The notes: generated by a model from the sequence alone, not told the origin. Shown: positions 41,184 through 57,191, counted from the stretch's first letter. The stretch: 64,000 bases of DNA from Eledone cirrhosa (GCA_964016885.1 OZ024743.1:18476001-18540000), one strand, 5' to 3'. Numbers and translations are program-made.

Positions 41184-44100
41184 ATGTATATGTATGTAAA
41201 TGGCAACAAACATGCACACACACATTCACACACACGCACACACTCACACACACGTACACAAATAAACCGTATTCTCCTCTTTTGTCTATCAAATATCATT
41301 TCCCTCTTTATATTTCACTGAAATAATTCGTTTTTCACCCTCACTCTTTATCTCTGTTTCTCTCTTTCACTTGACGTACATACTTCTCTTTTTGTCTATA
41401 TTCCCCTTTCTTTAACATTTAGGATACTTTCTCTCTTTTCCCCACCCATACTCTATTATCTATATGTGCTTTACCCACTCCGTCGGTTTTTTCTGAAATC
41501 ATCTCTCTTCCAATCTCTCCCTGTATACAAACTGGTAAAACAGACAATTGCTAAACAAAATGATCACATTCGAATTGATTCTAATATGAAATATTATTTC
41601 ATACATCAAACTAAAAGTTACAATGTCTTATCCTGTGAGAGGCGGAACGATAATATATCTCATTTTACGTGTTCGCTTTCAAATTTTTGAGTAAAAACTG
41701 GATAAATACAGAGAAATTGTATTTGAATATATAATTTTAAAAAAATTGAATTATCCGCTCTTTTTGTAATCTAGAGATACTAACCAATATTCATTGACTG
41801 GCTTAAGTCAATTTTCATTCCTACGTATATACATACTTGAAATATCTCTGGTGCACCTATTTTAGAAATTAAATAATTTGTATATGCACACTGCAATTCT
41901 TTCAACATGACTATGTCTGCTTCATTAATCGCACTTTCTATTAAATAATCTGCTGGTCATGTGTGTTCCCATATAAATGAACAGATGGATCATTATGGCA
42001 AGGTCAGAATTTCGCTTCAGAAACAGATACAAAACAACTACCTAGGACACAACAGTACGAATACCCAACTATACAAAGAACAGTACACACCTTGCTTATA
42101 TTAGAACATTTATTCGACATGCGTTTTCATTCAATATTACAGAATATGATAGAAGAGTTACACCAACTCTAATATTTATGGCACGATTACCAAATCTTCT
42201 ATGCAAATTATTTTATGAATTGCATTACAGAATTACATGTCTGTAATTTGTTATTGAGAAGATTTATTGTAGAATGGGTGTTATTTTAGTACATTTTGGT
42301 GTAAGGAACAAAAGGTTTGACACCGACATTTTCCATAATGTATTACTCTGAACGGAAACACTCTTCACTGTCAATTCGTAAAAATGTCAAAAGATAAACA
42401 GCAACATGTTATGCATATGCAATAAATATCAAAATTTCCTCAAATTTAAATGTAATGATAGTATACGCTCCCAATAAAATATACATATATTCTACAAATT
42501 AAAATTAGTGCGTGTTATTTGAAAAATAAGGAAGGAATACGGATAGCTAAGAAGGTAATCTTGTAACATACTTAAATCATTGATACAGATAACATTTGCA
42601 TGAATACACATTCTTTTCAACTACAAAAAATGTATAGATTGAGGTAAAAATAACAGCAATGTATGAGCTATAATGTGTAACACAATTATAGGAATATACA
42701 AATATAAGCACCTCATGTGTGCTATATTAAAGGGAAATTCTACACAGTAGAATATGGAACTGTAAAATATGGGATACATGGGAGTGTAAAACTACACAAG
42801 AATATCAGACTCTCCCATCTGAATAATGCAAAACATTGCCAATACATAAATTTGCTATAATTACATAATTCTATATTACATGCTGAAGCAATACAGATTT
42901 CGATACTTAAAAACGAAGTAGTTAATGTTGCTACAGTATAAATAAAATGCTTATTCCGGTGAAAGAAATAATAGAAACTATATTGAATAATATTTACACT
43001 GAAGACATCTGTGTCTGTATATAAGATACTGAAGAAATTCCTAGTGTTGTGTATGAGATAATTACCCTTTAAATGACCACAAGGCATAGTACATAGAAAG
43101 GAAAAGATGGATTGTACCAGATATGCGAAGTTCTATGCATTCCTTCTGATAACAATAGACAATATATTTCATCAAAATATAATCGTGAGACATGTTACAG
43201 GTATATCGAAGATATAGTCTAATTATATGGTTCTAGTATGTAAACAAAACCACAGATAACTTCTCAGTCCTGAAATTCGATGTTAACAAATGTAGGTATA
43301 AAATAATACAACGCAAACCAAATCCTCCATATCTAGATACGTATATAGATATATAGAGTATCAGTTACAACACATTCATTTTCCCAAAATATATGCAGAT
43401 AAATCCATATCTTAGCTCGAAAACTTCAAATATTCATACGTATAATATTGACAGTGAATTATATTTACTTAGAAGAGAGTTTAGTTTCGCCTTCACAGTG
43501 GCATCACTAGTTTTAAAAGCTCACAGAGGAAAACGAACATTCATGAAAAGGTAACAATTTCACAAGCTTATATAACAACCAATAGAATAATGCATATACA
43601 CCCACAATGCAAAATATCAACCAGAAATTATATCACTCAGATAAGATACATTTGAATTAAATACACAAAAGACGATATATGGAATAGATAATCATATCAA
43701 ACAGTTTATCCAACAAGATAGAAAATGTATTATCCCAATCCACAAAGTGACCCTAAAGATGAATCCCATCTGTCAATAATATAACAAATATATCTAAACC
43801 TAAGGCAAACCGGCGAATTATCAACGCATGATACATTTTTGATTGTAAGCGTGAATGGTTCCGAATTTAAAACTTCAAATATTAAAAACATGCGACTTTC
43901 AGAACACTGGATTTTATCTAACTGTTTAGATATTACTATATGTAGGCTGATGAATGTTTTTAACCAGTATAAATTTACATGTTTTATATTTTGTTTTCTT
44001 ATTTTATATTGGTTTCCTGGTACTCCTTTTCTCTAATCGTTCTTTAACCGTCCACATTTCCCTTCCCCCAATTTAGGTAGACCCTTTCTGGATTGTGTAA

Positions 44101-45095
44101 CACTGTACTGAATACTTCTCTTCCAGGGTGGCTATCTGTTAGTCCTTCAATCTTTCAATTCGCGACAAGTCAGCTGCAATATTTTCCTCAGCAAGTGCTA
44201 GGTGGTCTGTATAACTAATAACTTATGTGTGTATTCTGGTTAGGACTTCATTGACAAGCACCTCTTTTATCTCTCGTGTGTTTTCTATCAGCAGGCTTTA
44301 AGCTAATTACTTCAGTATCACCTGGGATTTCTAGTTTTGTCTACCACATTTTTATGATTATTTGCAGTTTATCACTAATTAATTTTCTAATTTCAATTTG
44401 ACTCTTTTATGCTGCAGTATTATCTTCTTCAACAAAAGTCACATTTTCTGCTATATTTCATTCGACAATACTAACAATATCTTCCTCGTTTTGCTCTTCA
44501 TTCTTTGTTGCTTTCTATTTTCTCAATCATTCTTAAAATATCCTCTCATTCTACATGTAACAACCAGCCTCTTTCCCGTATGCCCCTACCTTGCATATTT
44601 ATATGCGCTTTAGTTGAATGGAACTCACCTATCTTAATCCAGTTAGTGACCATCAACTTTCTGTAACACCTTACTCATGGCTTACTAGCCAACAGTATGC
44701 GAAATATTTCTGATGTGGTTTAAAGTGTCTTAGATTAAAGACTTTGCCAGAGGTTCTAAATCACAAGTTTACATCGATTTCGAAGTTTTGGAAGTCGTAT
44801 GAGATCAGCACTGTCGAATAGATTGATAATAGCGTAATGCAATGTATGTTGCCATAATTGACGCCCTTTCCCACTGAAATTGGATCTGAAAGTGCTTCAT
44901 TGAAGTTCACGATTGGTGTCATATTTTGATAGAACATTTTGAATATTCATACACATTCAAAATATTTCAGCCAATATGAGGAACATTGCCAATATGAGGA
45001 AGATTATAGTAATACATACACACACACACATGCATACACACGCACACACATACTCACACACACACACGCACACATACTCACACACACACACGCAT

Positions 45096-45129
<34 letters not shown>

Positions 45130-46134
45130 GTATGCATACATACACACTTAGATACAGATGGATAATGTGAGAACGAAAGGCAAATAGTCTCGCGGTTTCA
45201 ATTGCACTTTGGAGACAGCGCCCATTCTACGGAGACAATTACCAAAATTTCAAAACTGTCACTCACTTGAGGGGTGTCCAGTTATTGATACAAGCAGAGT
45301 ATATATATCCAATAGTCCTGCTGATCTAAAGTCACTGTAATGGGATTTTATACTGAATAAGTGGTACAAATGCACAGGGAAGAATATGCTGTTTGAAATG
45401 TTGCCAGACTAAGGATGATCTGAACAAAATAGATGAAAATAAAATGTTCACTACCACTCAAATTGTGTAAACATATTGTAAAATATAGGTAGAGTAATTA
45501 TAACTCCTGCTTATTTTATTTCATGACGATTTAATATAAAGAAAGCCCCAGTTATGAAATGGTTGGAACAGGTTAGATTAAGCAGACATTCCCCCCAAAT
45601 CACTATATTGAGAAGGCGGTACATAGTGAAAGACTCGAACTTCATAAACAAGCGCGTGCACAGAAACAACACAGATACACACACACACACGTGTATAGAT
45701 GTGTACGTGTGTGTGTTTACAGTGGTTTTTCACTTCGGATTCTATTTTGTTTAAATAAAACTGTGTTATTACACACCACATAATATAAAAAGGAGAGTGT
45801 ATCTGGTTGAGGTATGCATCAAAGCGAAAATCGCAAGAGTAGAATGTAGTCAAATAATATTCATGACCTATAAATTCGTACTGAGAATTTTACCTTCATG
45901 TATAAATAAAACATCAAAAATACATCTACGATCATTTTGGCGAATGCATCCTCTTGGTATATATATATGTGTATATTATTCTGTCACACAAGCTCATGTC
46001 ATTTGTCTGACACAGGTATATAGGTGTGCAGGCATTCGTGTGTAGAGATATTCAATGGCGTATATCTATTTATTTATACATACGGCTGCCGTTACAGATG
46101 CATACGCAAGCACAAGTACATGAGTGTATGTATG

Positions 46135-46190
<56 letters not shown>

Positions 46191-46782
46191 TGTGTGTGTG
46201 TGTGCGTGTGTATGTGTGTGTGTATGTATATATGCATGCCTATATGCACCCACACACAGAAATACAAATATATGCACAAGCATACCCACACACGCACACA
46301 TACAGATTCACAGATACATGTGTGTGTGTGTGTCATGATTATACATTAGAAAATACGCACATTTACATATACTTTTATAGAAATTCTTATTGACAGAACC
46401 TAAGATGCAGTTAGAATTGTGAAATAATAAAAAATAAGCATGTACAATATTACAAAACACAGACACACAGACACACGCACACACAATTATACATTCTAAT
46501 ATATGCACACGCGTATATGTGTTTATATAGATTCCTAGCAAGCTTCAATATCAATACTAGTCTGCGAGGACGTTATACAGTCAAACCTGTTCTTATGTAA
46601 GAAATTTAATTATATTTCCTTTTAAATAAATTCACTGTTATTCATAAATTCTGTTAGATATTCCCCTATATATACGTATAAATATATACACGCGCACAGA
46701 CACGGACACACACACAAATACACATATATATATATATATGTATATATATAAATATGTATGTGTGCATATGTATGTGTATATA

Positions 46783-48380
<1,598 letters not shown>

Positions 48381-48384
<4 letters not shown>

Positions 48385-48583
48385 ATTTTATAGAAGGAGC
48401 TTCTACAGGACTTGTACTGTTTCATTCAGATTAAATCTTCAGGAAGAGCTTCCTGAAGATTTCATCTGAATGAAACAGTACTAGTCCTGTAGAAGCTCCT
48501 TCTATAAAATAAAAAAAATTTACTCTGCCATGTATTGAGTACCTTACTTACTGTGGTTATCCCCGACTCAACCCGGGACCTAC

Positions 48584-48584
<1 letters not shown>
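48381..48584. mobile_element. ~200-bp element made of two back-to-back hammerheads plus a tail
   Basis: Plus HHR 48448-48496: GCUUC-CUGAAGA-uUUCA-uc-UGAAu-GAAACAG-uacuaguc-CUGUA-GAAGC. Mirror copy at 48399-48446. Tail matches 55145-55210. Confidence 0.88.
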
Positions 48585-48633
<49 letters not shown>

Positions 48634-48718
48634 GCAAAAGTTCTATTTAAATTGTTGGGATACAACAAGTAAATATTTTTATAACTGATATAAAGCACTC
48701 GACAAGTGTTTGGAGTAG

Positions 48719-49097
48719 ATATACGATATTAACAAATGGAAACTATATTTATAAAACCGTATTTATTTCATCATACATATTTCAAGGATACCAAGGTAAA
48801 TTATGGTATGCCTTCATCAGACAACATACAATATATATCAGTTTTACAAATAAGCATTGACGTACCCTTTCAAAATGCGACCATTACTTTTGGAGGACAT
48901 CAGGAGGACTATCCTGATGTCCTCCAAAACTAATGGTCGCATTTTGAAAGGGTACGTCAATGCTTATTTGTAAAACTGATATATATTGTATATTGTCTGA
49001 TGAAGGCATACCATAATTTAACTTGGTATCCTTGAAATATGTATAATGAAATAAATATGGTTTTATAAATATAGTTTCCATTTGTTAATATCGTATA
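48719..49097. repeat. Near-perfect palindrome, ~186-bp arms, short spacer
   Basis: Mirror ORFs 48736..48933(+) and 48884..49081(-) translate almost identically; centre is acatcagga-ggacta-tcctgatgt. Confidence 0.92.
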
Positions 49098-49766
49098 TAT
49101 ATATATAGTTTTAATATAGATGAGATTCTACAGGACTAGAACTGTTTCATTCTTTAGAAATCTTCAGGAATCTGGGTATCAAAAAAGAAATATGGTATTT
49201 ATAGGTCTCTATAAGTGGTAGGAGAGGGTGGCGAGTGGAATGGGTGTAGGTCATTGGTTGATAGAAAAGGGAATTCATTAAAAGCTAATTCTACAAAGCT
49301 ATAGTTTATTTTTATTATTATTTTTAATTTTTGTTTTTAGAGTAACAAAGGCAGACAGAATTCTATAAACAGGTTCCGGATGGCATACCATTCCTTGTCA
49401 TTAAGTTTCTCTTAAGCTAACAGATGTCTATAAGATCAGTGGGGGGTCAGACATGGTAGATAGAATTAAAGGAAAGGGAGATTCTTTAAAAGCTAAATTC
49501 ATTAAGGTTCTACTAAGTGACAAAGGTTTAGAGAATTCTGTACACAGATTCAAGATACTGAGTGCATATCTTACAATTATCTTCGAACTTCTCTTAAACT
49601 AATCAACTATATGCCAAAAATCAACAGACACATTCACAAAAAAAAACACACTCACTCACACACTCGCGCGCAATCATAAACACACATACACATACACATA
49701 TACACACATAAAAACACACACAAATATATAAGTATATTTATATATACATATATATACACACATATA

Positions 49767-49822
<56 letters not shown>

Positions 49823-49824
49823 TA

Positions 49825-49874
<50 letters not shown>

Positions 49875-50064
49875 CACATATATATACACTCACACACATA
49901 CATACATACACACAAATATACATGTGTATACATATACATACATATAAACATACATATATATATATACACATATATATATATATATATATATACATATATA
50001 TACATAATACATACATATACACACATATATATATATATATACATATACACACACATACACACAA

Positions 50065-50127
<63 letters not shown>

Positions 50128-50226
50128 AACAAATATATACATATACATACACACACACACACACATACACATACATATATATACACACACACACATATAC
50201 ATATATAAGGAAAAAGCGCCATACAT

Positions 50227-50326
<100 letters not shown>

Positions 50327-50473
50327 AATAGAATACTGGAGCGTGTTGGAGTTAAACACCCTCTTCGTATTATAGAAATGACAGTAAAAGGTATAGCTCA
50401 ATGCAGTTAAACAGAGCCAAAAAATTAAGAGAGTAAAACAAAGAATCCTTTAATACATCAAAAGTTTTTATTA

Positions 50474-50511
50474 GCCGACAATGTTTCGTCCTATTAAGGA
50501 CTCATCAGGGC
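50474..50511 (-). ncRNA. Minimal type-I hammerhead ribozyme with canonical GUC site
   Basis: GCC-CUGAUGA-GUCCU-uaau-AGGAC-GAAAC-auu-GUC-GGC, then AAUAAA. Confidence 0.92.
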
Positions 50512-51512
50512 AATAAATACAACAAGAAGTAATATCGGCAGATACAAGCCGGAATCTCCGAAGAATATGGAGTGTACATACACTAAAGTCTTGCAAAAAT
50601 ATATGATAATAAAAATAAAGATAAAAATAATAAAAATATATAAGTGTAACTAAGGATGTATATAACATTAATAACCATATTACAAATATAGTCCAAAGCA
50701 ACCAACCTAAATCTAAACAAATTTGGTTATATAGAGCAGGAATTATATATAACACAATGTAATATAACATAATACATTATAATAATATACCTTTACCAAC
50801 ATTAAAATTACAATTAAAATTCAAAAGGTACAATATATACATGTCTATATGTGCACACACACACACACATATATAACAACACACGTATCTATGTTCAACT
50901 ACACAAATTAAGCCTTATTAGAAGTTTGAATATAAAAATACATGATAAGAGTGAAAATATTACCAATACATCTACCCAATATACATGAGGCAATAATATG
51001 ATATAATTACAAGAGACACATATAATAAATAATAAACAATAAAATTATATAAATTAATATAATATAATAGATAATCCCCGGTTAGTTTACAGAAACAATA
51101 AAGATGTCACAACAAAATACAATGATAATATGTTAACAGTGTATTAACATTTACAATAAACAATATATACAAATCGATACATACTGGGTTACAGAGTAAA
51201 TGAGGAAAAATAAATTATAAATTATCCAAAGATGAATCTGAATAAAATTAAAAATGAAAATAGAATTAAAAATAAAATTAATATTAAAAATAAAAATAAA
51301 GATAATAAATGAATAACGTAAGTGGCGTAAAGTGTGTAATCTTATATATATTAACAAGGTGTAATAGTGAAAACATAGATATGGTACAGTAGCTAAATGA
51401 TTATGAGAGCTAGAATGAAGAGTCATCAAAAACCAATGGTAATAATGATGATAACAATAATGTTGGCAAACAAAAGAACCTAAACTAAAAACTAAGTAAT
51501 GGAATATATCTG

Positions 51513-53670
51513 CTAATGGGTACAATTTGTACTACTAGAACGTTTGGGTTTATAATAAAAATAAGAATTAGAAATGGCGTGGGGGCAAGAAGAGAATATC
51601 TCAGACTTTCTATTAAGTAAGGATACGCTAGAGAAAATTATAGAGTGTGTCTCAAGTATACAGAGATTACAAAACTTACTATGTGTAGAAAGGTGGTTAG
51701 AGCGTGCTACTAAACGCCAGTTAAGGCTATATGGTATATAAGCTCCCTTAAGATCCCAGATATAATGCACTAAAGAAGTAGAATTCTTAAACCTAACATG
51801 TTTGAAGTTAGAGATATGAGAGTTAAACGTAGTCTTAAAAGTGTTTGAAGTAGATCCTATATAAGTTCTATTAGAGGAATTAGTTATAACCTCACAAGCG
51901 TAGACAATGTTCTTAGAAAGGCAGTTACCGTTTAAAGGGCAGTTAGCACTCACTCTACAATTGCACTTCCGGGTGTTATTGGTTGGCTCGAGTGGTGATG
52001 TATTACACGTAGGACCTCTATTAGATAAGGACTGTTCTGGTGGTAAAGCATTGTCAGATCCGTTCAGACTAGTAGTATGTAGAGAGGAGAATCCATCCCT
52101 AATTTTCCTATTATTAGTGCTAGCTAAATGAGAACTAATATTAGGGGTGGTAGAGAATGAGAGTTTAATAACATTTTTATTAAAAATACCATGGTATTTA
52201 TGAGAAGGGGGGACATTTTTCTCTAAGATATTGAAGAAAGACCTAGGGATATTAGTTGATACATCCTGATTGTATGGCGGGTTGAAATAAGTATTTAATC
52301 GCCTTCTATTTTTATTTTTATTCTTACCGACCCTACCTTTATCAAATGTCCCACCGTCGAGACTAGGGTTACTATCAGGATTAGTTGAAGCCACATTCAT
52401 AGAATCAGCCATAATTTCGTTGTGTCTATTATAGTCTCTACCTCTAGTAGATCTGCTGCTGTCCGGAATCACTTCAAGAGGATTAGGGCCAATGATAGGA
52501 TCAGTAGGAGCAACCTTATTAGAATAAGATCCAGCAAAACCAATACCAATGCGTGAGCGCACAGGGGGTTCAACTTGTCCCCTAGAGGTATTATATTTGC
52601 TATTACGAGTCCGTTGGGTTAACTTATGGCTGGGTTCAGATACACCTATATAATTTCTACGGTTACTATATTTGCTACTCCCATTCATGGCCATGTTATG
52701 TGATATAATGTTATTATTATTAAGAGTAAGCGGAGACTTTCTAATGTTACTATTATTATAATTTATTTTACTAGAGTGACCTGAATTTACTAGGGCATTA
52801 TTGTAGTACTCCGCATGTTCATTAAATGTTCCTATGTCCTTAGAGAGTGTGGAAATCCTATTAGATACGCCCTTAATTATAGAGTTTATCATAGACTTAG
52901 GGTGGTTAGAGTTGGGGCTAACATAAGAAAGAATTTCATTAGGCTTATGGAAGGGTTTAAAACTATTAGTGACCAAGTCCAAAGTCACATCTAAAAAGTT
53001 AACCGCTCTATCATTTCTATCTATCGTGATCGAAAGGTTGTAGCTTTTAAAAAACTTGTAAAGCTTCTTCTTATTATGTTCTACATTGTTGGTGCTAGAG
53101 TTAATTACAAACAATGCATCATCACGATATAGTCCGCCTATAAGATGCGGGACGGTAGCGTATAGTTCATTAAGGAGGAACAACCCAACAAGATCAGTAA
53201 CCTGGCACGAATCACTCGAACCCATTGTAACGTCGAAATTATTGGGCGTGTTTTTACGGGTCCAAAATGTGTCCTCAAATTTAATAACAGTTTTACAGGC
53301 TGCTAGTATAATATCTACCTGCGATCGTGTAAGGCTGGACACTCTCATGGCTAACATTAAGGCTTTATTGAGGAGGATGGGTGAAATTGATGTGTAGTAG
53401 GCATCAATATCGAATTGGATAAACTTATTAGATTCAAGTCTATTAATCCCAGAGAACCAATCTATAACTTCCCTAGTGTTCCCCCATAGGTTAAAATTAA
53501 CCTTATCCCTAACATCTGGTATAATAAGGTCAAGGATTTTTTTACTGATAATGGCTATATCCGACTTAGAGGGACAGATAAGTCTAACTGAGGGGTTACT
53601 AATAAAATCAACCTTATGGTCCTTAAGTGTGAATCTCGGTTCTCGAGGGTAATATGGCTGGGTATACTTA
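51513..53670 (-). CDS. PLE reverse transcriptase plus C-terminal GIY-YIG endonuclease (~720 open codons; upstream part 53672..53989 separated by one frameshift)
   Basis: The frame stays open upstream of the called start: PRFTLKDHK..RLICPSKSDI, QFDIDAYY, MGS, GLYRDD, FLDVTLDL, SNHP, FNPPY, CNCRVSANCPLNGNC, NIVY..YIGST, CNLCILE. Confidence 0.9.
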
Positions 53671-54027
53671 TTTAGTCCGAGGTCAGTACTATTCTAAGGC
53701 CCTCACTATTGATGTGGTTCAAATTCTCAAGCGTAGTTTTTTTATAGTTTCTATATAACTCTTTATAAATAAAGTCGCGGTATGTACTATAGTCCATGGA
53801 GTATAGATTCTTAGTGTTATCTGCCGGGACAAGGATGGACTTATTCTCACCGAAACCCTTAACAATATTTTTAAGTCTGGACTGGAACTTATCAAAGTTA
53901 TTATAATTTCTATGTCTATTATTTGGCCTAAACCTAACATTTTTGACCAGAGAGAGTAAGTCACTTTCAAAACTATCTAATAGTATCATATATATATATA
54001 TATATGAATATATGTATGAATGGTGTA

Positions 54028-54062
<35 letters not shown>

Positions 54063-54262
54063 GTATGTATGGTGCTTTTTCCTTATATATGTGTATATGT
54101 GTGTGTGTGTGTATATATATATATGTATGTGTATGTGTGTGTGTGTGTGTATGTATATGTATATATTTGTTTATGTATATATATATATATGTGTGTTTGT
54201 GTGTATGTGTGTGTATATGTATATGTATATATATATATATGTGTGTATATGTATGTATTGTG

Positions 54263-54294
<32 letters not shown>

Positions 54295-55209
54295 TATGTG
54301 TATATATATATATGTATGTGTATATGTATGTATATGTATACACATGTATATTTGTGTGTATGTATGTATGTGTGTGAGTGTATATATATGTGTATATATA
54401 TGTGTGTGTGTGTGTGTATATATATATGTATGTGTGTGTGAATATATATATATATACATATATGTATATATATATATATATATATGTGTGTATATATATG
54501 TATATATAAATATACTTATATATTTGTGCGTGTTTTTATGTGTGTATATGTGTATGTGTATGTGTGTTTATGATTGCGCGCGAGTGTGTGAGTGAGTGTG
54601 TTTTTTTGTGAATGTGTTTGTTGATATTTGGCATATAGTTGATTAGTTTAAGAGAAGTTCGAAGATAATTGTAAGATATGCACTCAGTATCTTGAATCTG
54701 TCTACAGAATTCTCTAAACCTTTGTCACTTAGTAGAACCTTAATGAAGTTAGCTTTTAAATGATCTCCCTTTACTCTAATTCTATCTACCATGACTGACC
54801 CCCACTGATCTTATAGACATCTGTTAGCTTAAGAGAAACTTAATGACAAGGAATGGTATGCCATCCGGAACCTGTTTATAGAATTATGTCTGCCTTTGTT
54901 ACTCAAAAAACCAAAATTAAAAATAATAATAAAAATAAAAATAAACGATAGGTTTGTAGAATTAGCTTTTAATGAATTCCCTTTTCTATCAACCAATGAC
55001 CTACACCCATCCCACTCCCCACCCTCTCCTACCACTTGTAGAGACCTATAAATACCATATTTATTTTTTGATACCCATATTCCTGATGATTTCTAATGAA
55101 TGAAACAGTTCTAGTCCTGTAGAATCTCATCTATATTAAAACTTTTATACTCTGCAATGTATTGAGTACCTTACTTACTGTGGTTACCTCCGATTCAACC
55201 CGGAATAAC

Positions 55210-55292
<83 letters not shown>

Positions 55293-55311
55293 TATATATG
55301 TATATAAATAT

Positions 55312-55343
<32 letters not shown>

Positions 55344-55344
<1 letters not shown>

Positions 55345-55643
55345 AACGTTTGTATATGTAAAGCCAAAACAATGCACGTATGGACATAGAATAAAAATGC
55401 AAATGCAATATATTGTTGACAAGCTATTTAGAACAGTGGTTTAACCGCTTTACTTCCCTCCGAAGAAGAGATATTATCTCGAAAATTAAGGACATTTTAA
55501 TAAATCTAAGTTAAAAGACTAATTGTCAATAATATATTTTGCATTTGCATTTTTATTCTATGTCCATACTGCATTGTTCTGGCTTTTCAAGTACAAACGT
55601 GTATAACTCATTACACAATGCTTCAAGTGAACTATACCTTCCT

Positions 55644-55648
<5 letters not shown>
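55344..55648 (+). mobile_element. Miniature inverted element (~78-bp arms) enclosing a hammerhead at 55457-55491
   Basis: CCU-CCGAAGA-aGAGAU-auu-AUCUC-GAAA-au-UA-AGG. Arms 55345-55422 / 55523-55600; tail to 55648. Confidence 0.75.
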
Positions 55649-55697
<49 letters not shown>

Positions 55698-55703
<6 letters not shown>

Positions 55704-55942
55704 GTTAGTTTTTTTTTACAAATTGAAAAATAACCGAGGTGTCCTACACGAGTGAAAGTATAAAGAAAAAGAGATGAAATCGAAAATACAACTGGAGTCT
55801 TATTTTTGTTTTAAATATATATACTCACCTTTTGAAATTATATCAACTCACCTCTTGAAAAGTAGTAGAACTGCGAAACCGGTAAAGGAACCAAATAAAT
55901 ATATATATTTTTAAAAAAAATAAGACTCCAGTTGCATTTTCG
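55698..55942 (+). mobile_element. Miniature inverted element enclosing a variant hammerhead at 55851-55888
   Basis: CCUc-UUGAAAA-GUAGU-aga-ACUGC-GAAA-CCGG-UA-aAGG. Arms aaaaagagatgaaatcgaaaat..ggagtcttatttt and its reverse complement. Confidence 0.7.
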
Positions 55943-55958
55943 ATTTCATCTCTTTTTA

Positions 55959-56023
<65 letters not shown>

Positions 56024-56483
56024 TAGCAAACATTCAGAAGGTTACATCCAAAGTTGGTAGAGCACTAATCCAAACCTCGAGATGAGAATAGATTTGATTC
56101 CACAACAATTACTAGAACATACATGTGGGTGTTCGCGCCAATCAACTGGAGTATATGATATATAATATGTGAACCTGCATAAATTTGCACATAAATTTAC
56201 ACATATAAGGAGTTTTCAGACAAACTTGGTATTTCATAGGAAAGCATGTCTACCAAGTCCAGCGGTCACAAGTGGGAGATGGAACGTCCTGATGAGGACC
56301 TCTTTACTACTCAATGCATCGACGAGTGTCTCCCTTGCACCTGCTGGACACCACAAGTGGGCATTAGCCCCGGTGATTTTCGCATAGCTACTGTTTTCGA
56401 AATGTTTACATGTAACTATACCGTTTTTCTTCATAAATACGAAATTGCTATACATAAATGTATACAGCTATGCCTGAAGCCAA

Positions 56484-56544
<61 letters not shown>

Positions 56545-57144
56545 TTTTACATGTTCATATAAATGAATATGTATATATATATACTCACAGGTTTTTATAA
56601 ATACACATGTTTGTGAGTGTGCATATTTATGCTTGTTTTTATATGTGTGCATTGTTTCTGTATTCTGTAATATCCAGGTTTGTATTGATCGACAGTAATT
56701 TACACACCCACGGTTAGATATGTTTATATGAGTATATTACATTTTCTAAAAACGGCGCTAGTAGGCTTCTGTGTTCTAACATGAAACAAGTTGGATAAAA
56801 TTGGAAAGAGAATGGAAAGATTTTGAGAAGATTTGAATTCTCTGTGTCGAATCATTAGAGCATATAAGATATGCAGTATACTGTGAAGTCAGCTGCCAGT
56901 TAGAGTTGTTAGCCAGTATTGACAAGGTGGAAATTCTAAGCATATACCTGTCAGTATCTATCGACTGCGGTTCGGCTTTGTTGCACAATTATTAATTCAA
57001 CGTATTCCTAGAATCTCAAGGACAAAACTGTAAATAGTATGTATCATTCTATCGGGAAATATATTTAAAGACGCATTTCTCTGTCCGTCTATCTCTTACT
57101 ATATATTTATGTAAACACACACACACACACACATATATATATTT

Positions 57145-57175
<31 letters not shown>

Positions 57176-57191
57176 TATATAAATATACATA

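Noticed and set aside
44130-44230. Minus-strand VISYTDHLAL resembling an RT YADD motif
   Set aside because: A single degenerate motif without supporting neighbours.
41200-46600. Long AT-rich stretch searched for host exons
   Set aside because: No credible coding signal; small exons cannot be excluded without RNA data.
48736-49081. Pair of nearly identical 65-aa ORFs on opposite strands
   Set aside because: A by-product of the palindrome; no recognisable domain.
51513-53357. Naiad-type or selenocysteine-recoded PLE
   Set aside because: The endonuclease is C-terminal and the conserved cysteines are encoded normally; no in-frame TGA pattern is seen.
56287-56350. CTGATGAG at 56289 and a GAAAgcatgTC motif upstream
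   Set aside because: I could not assemble consistent stems in any permutation.
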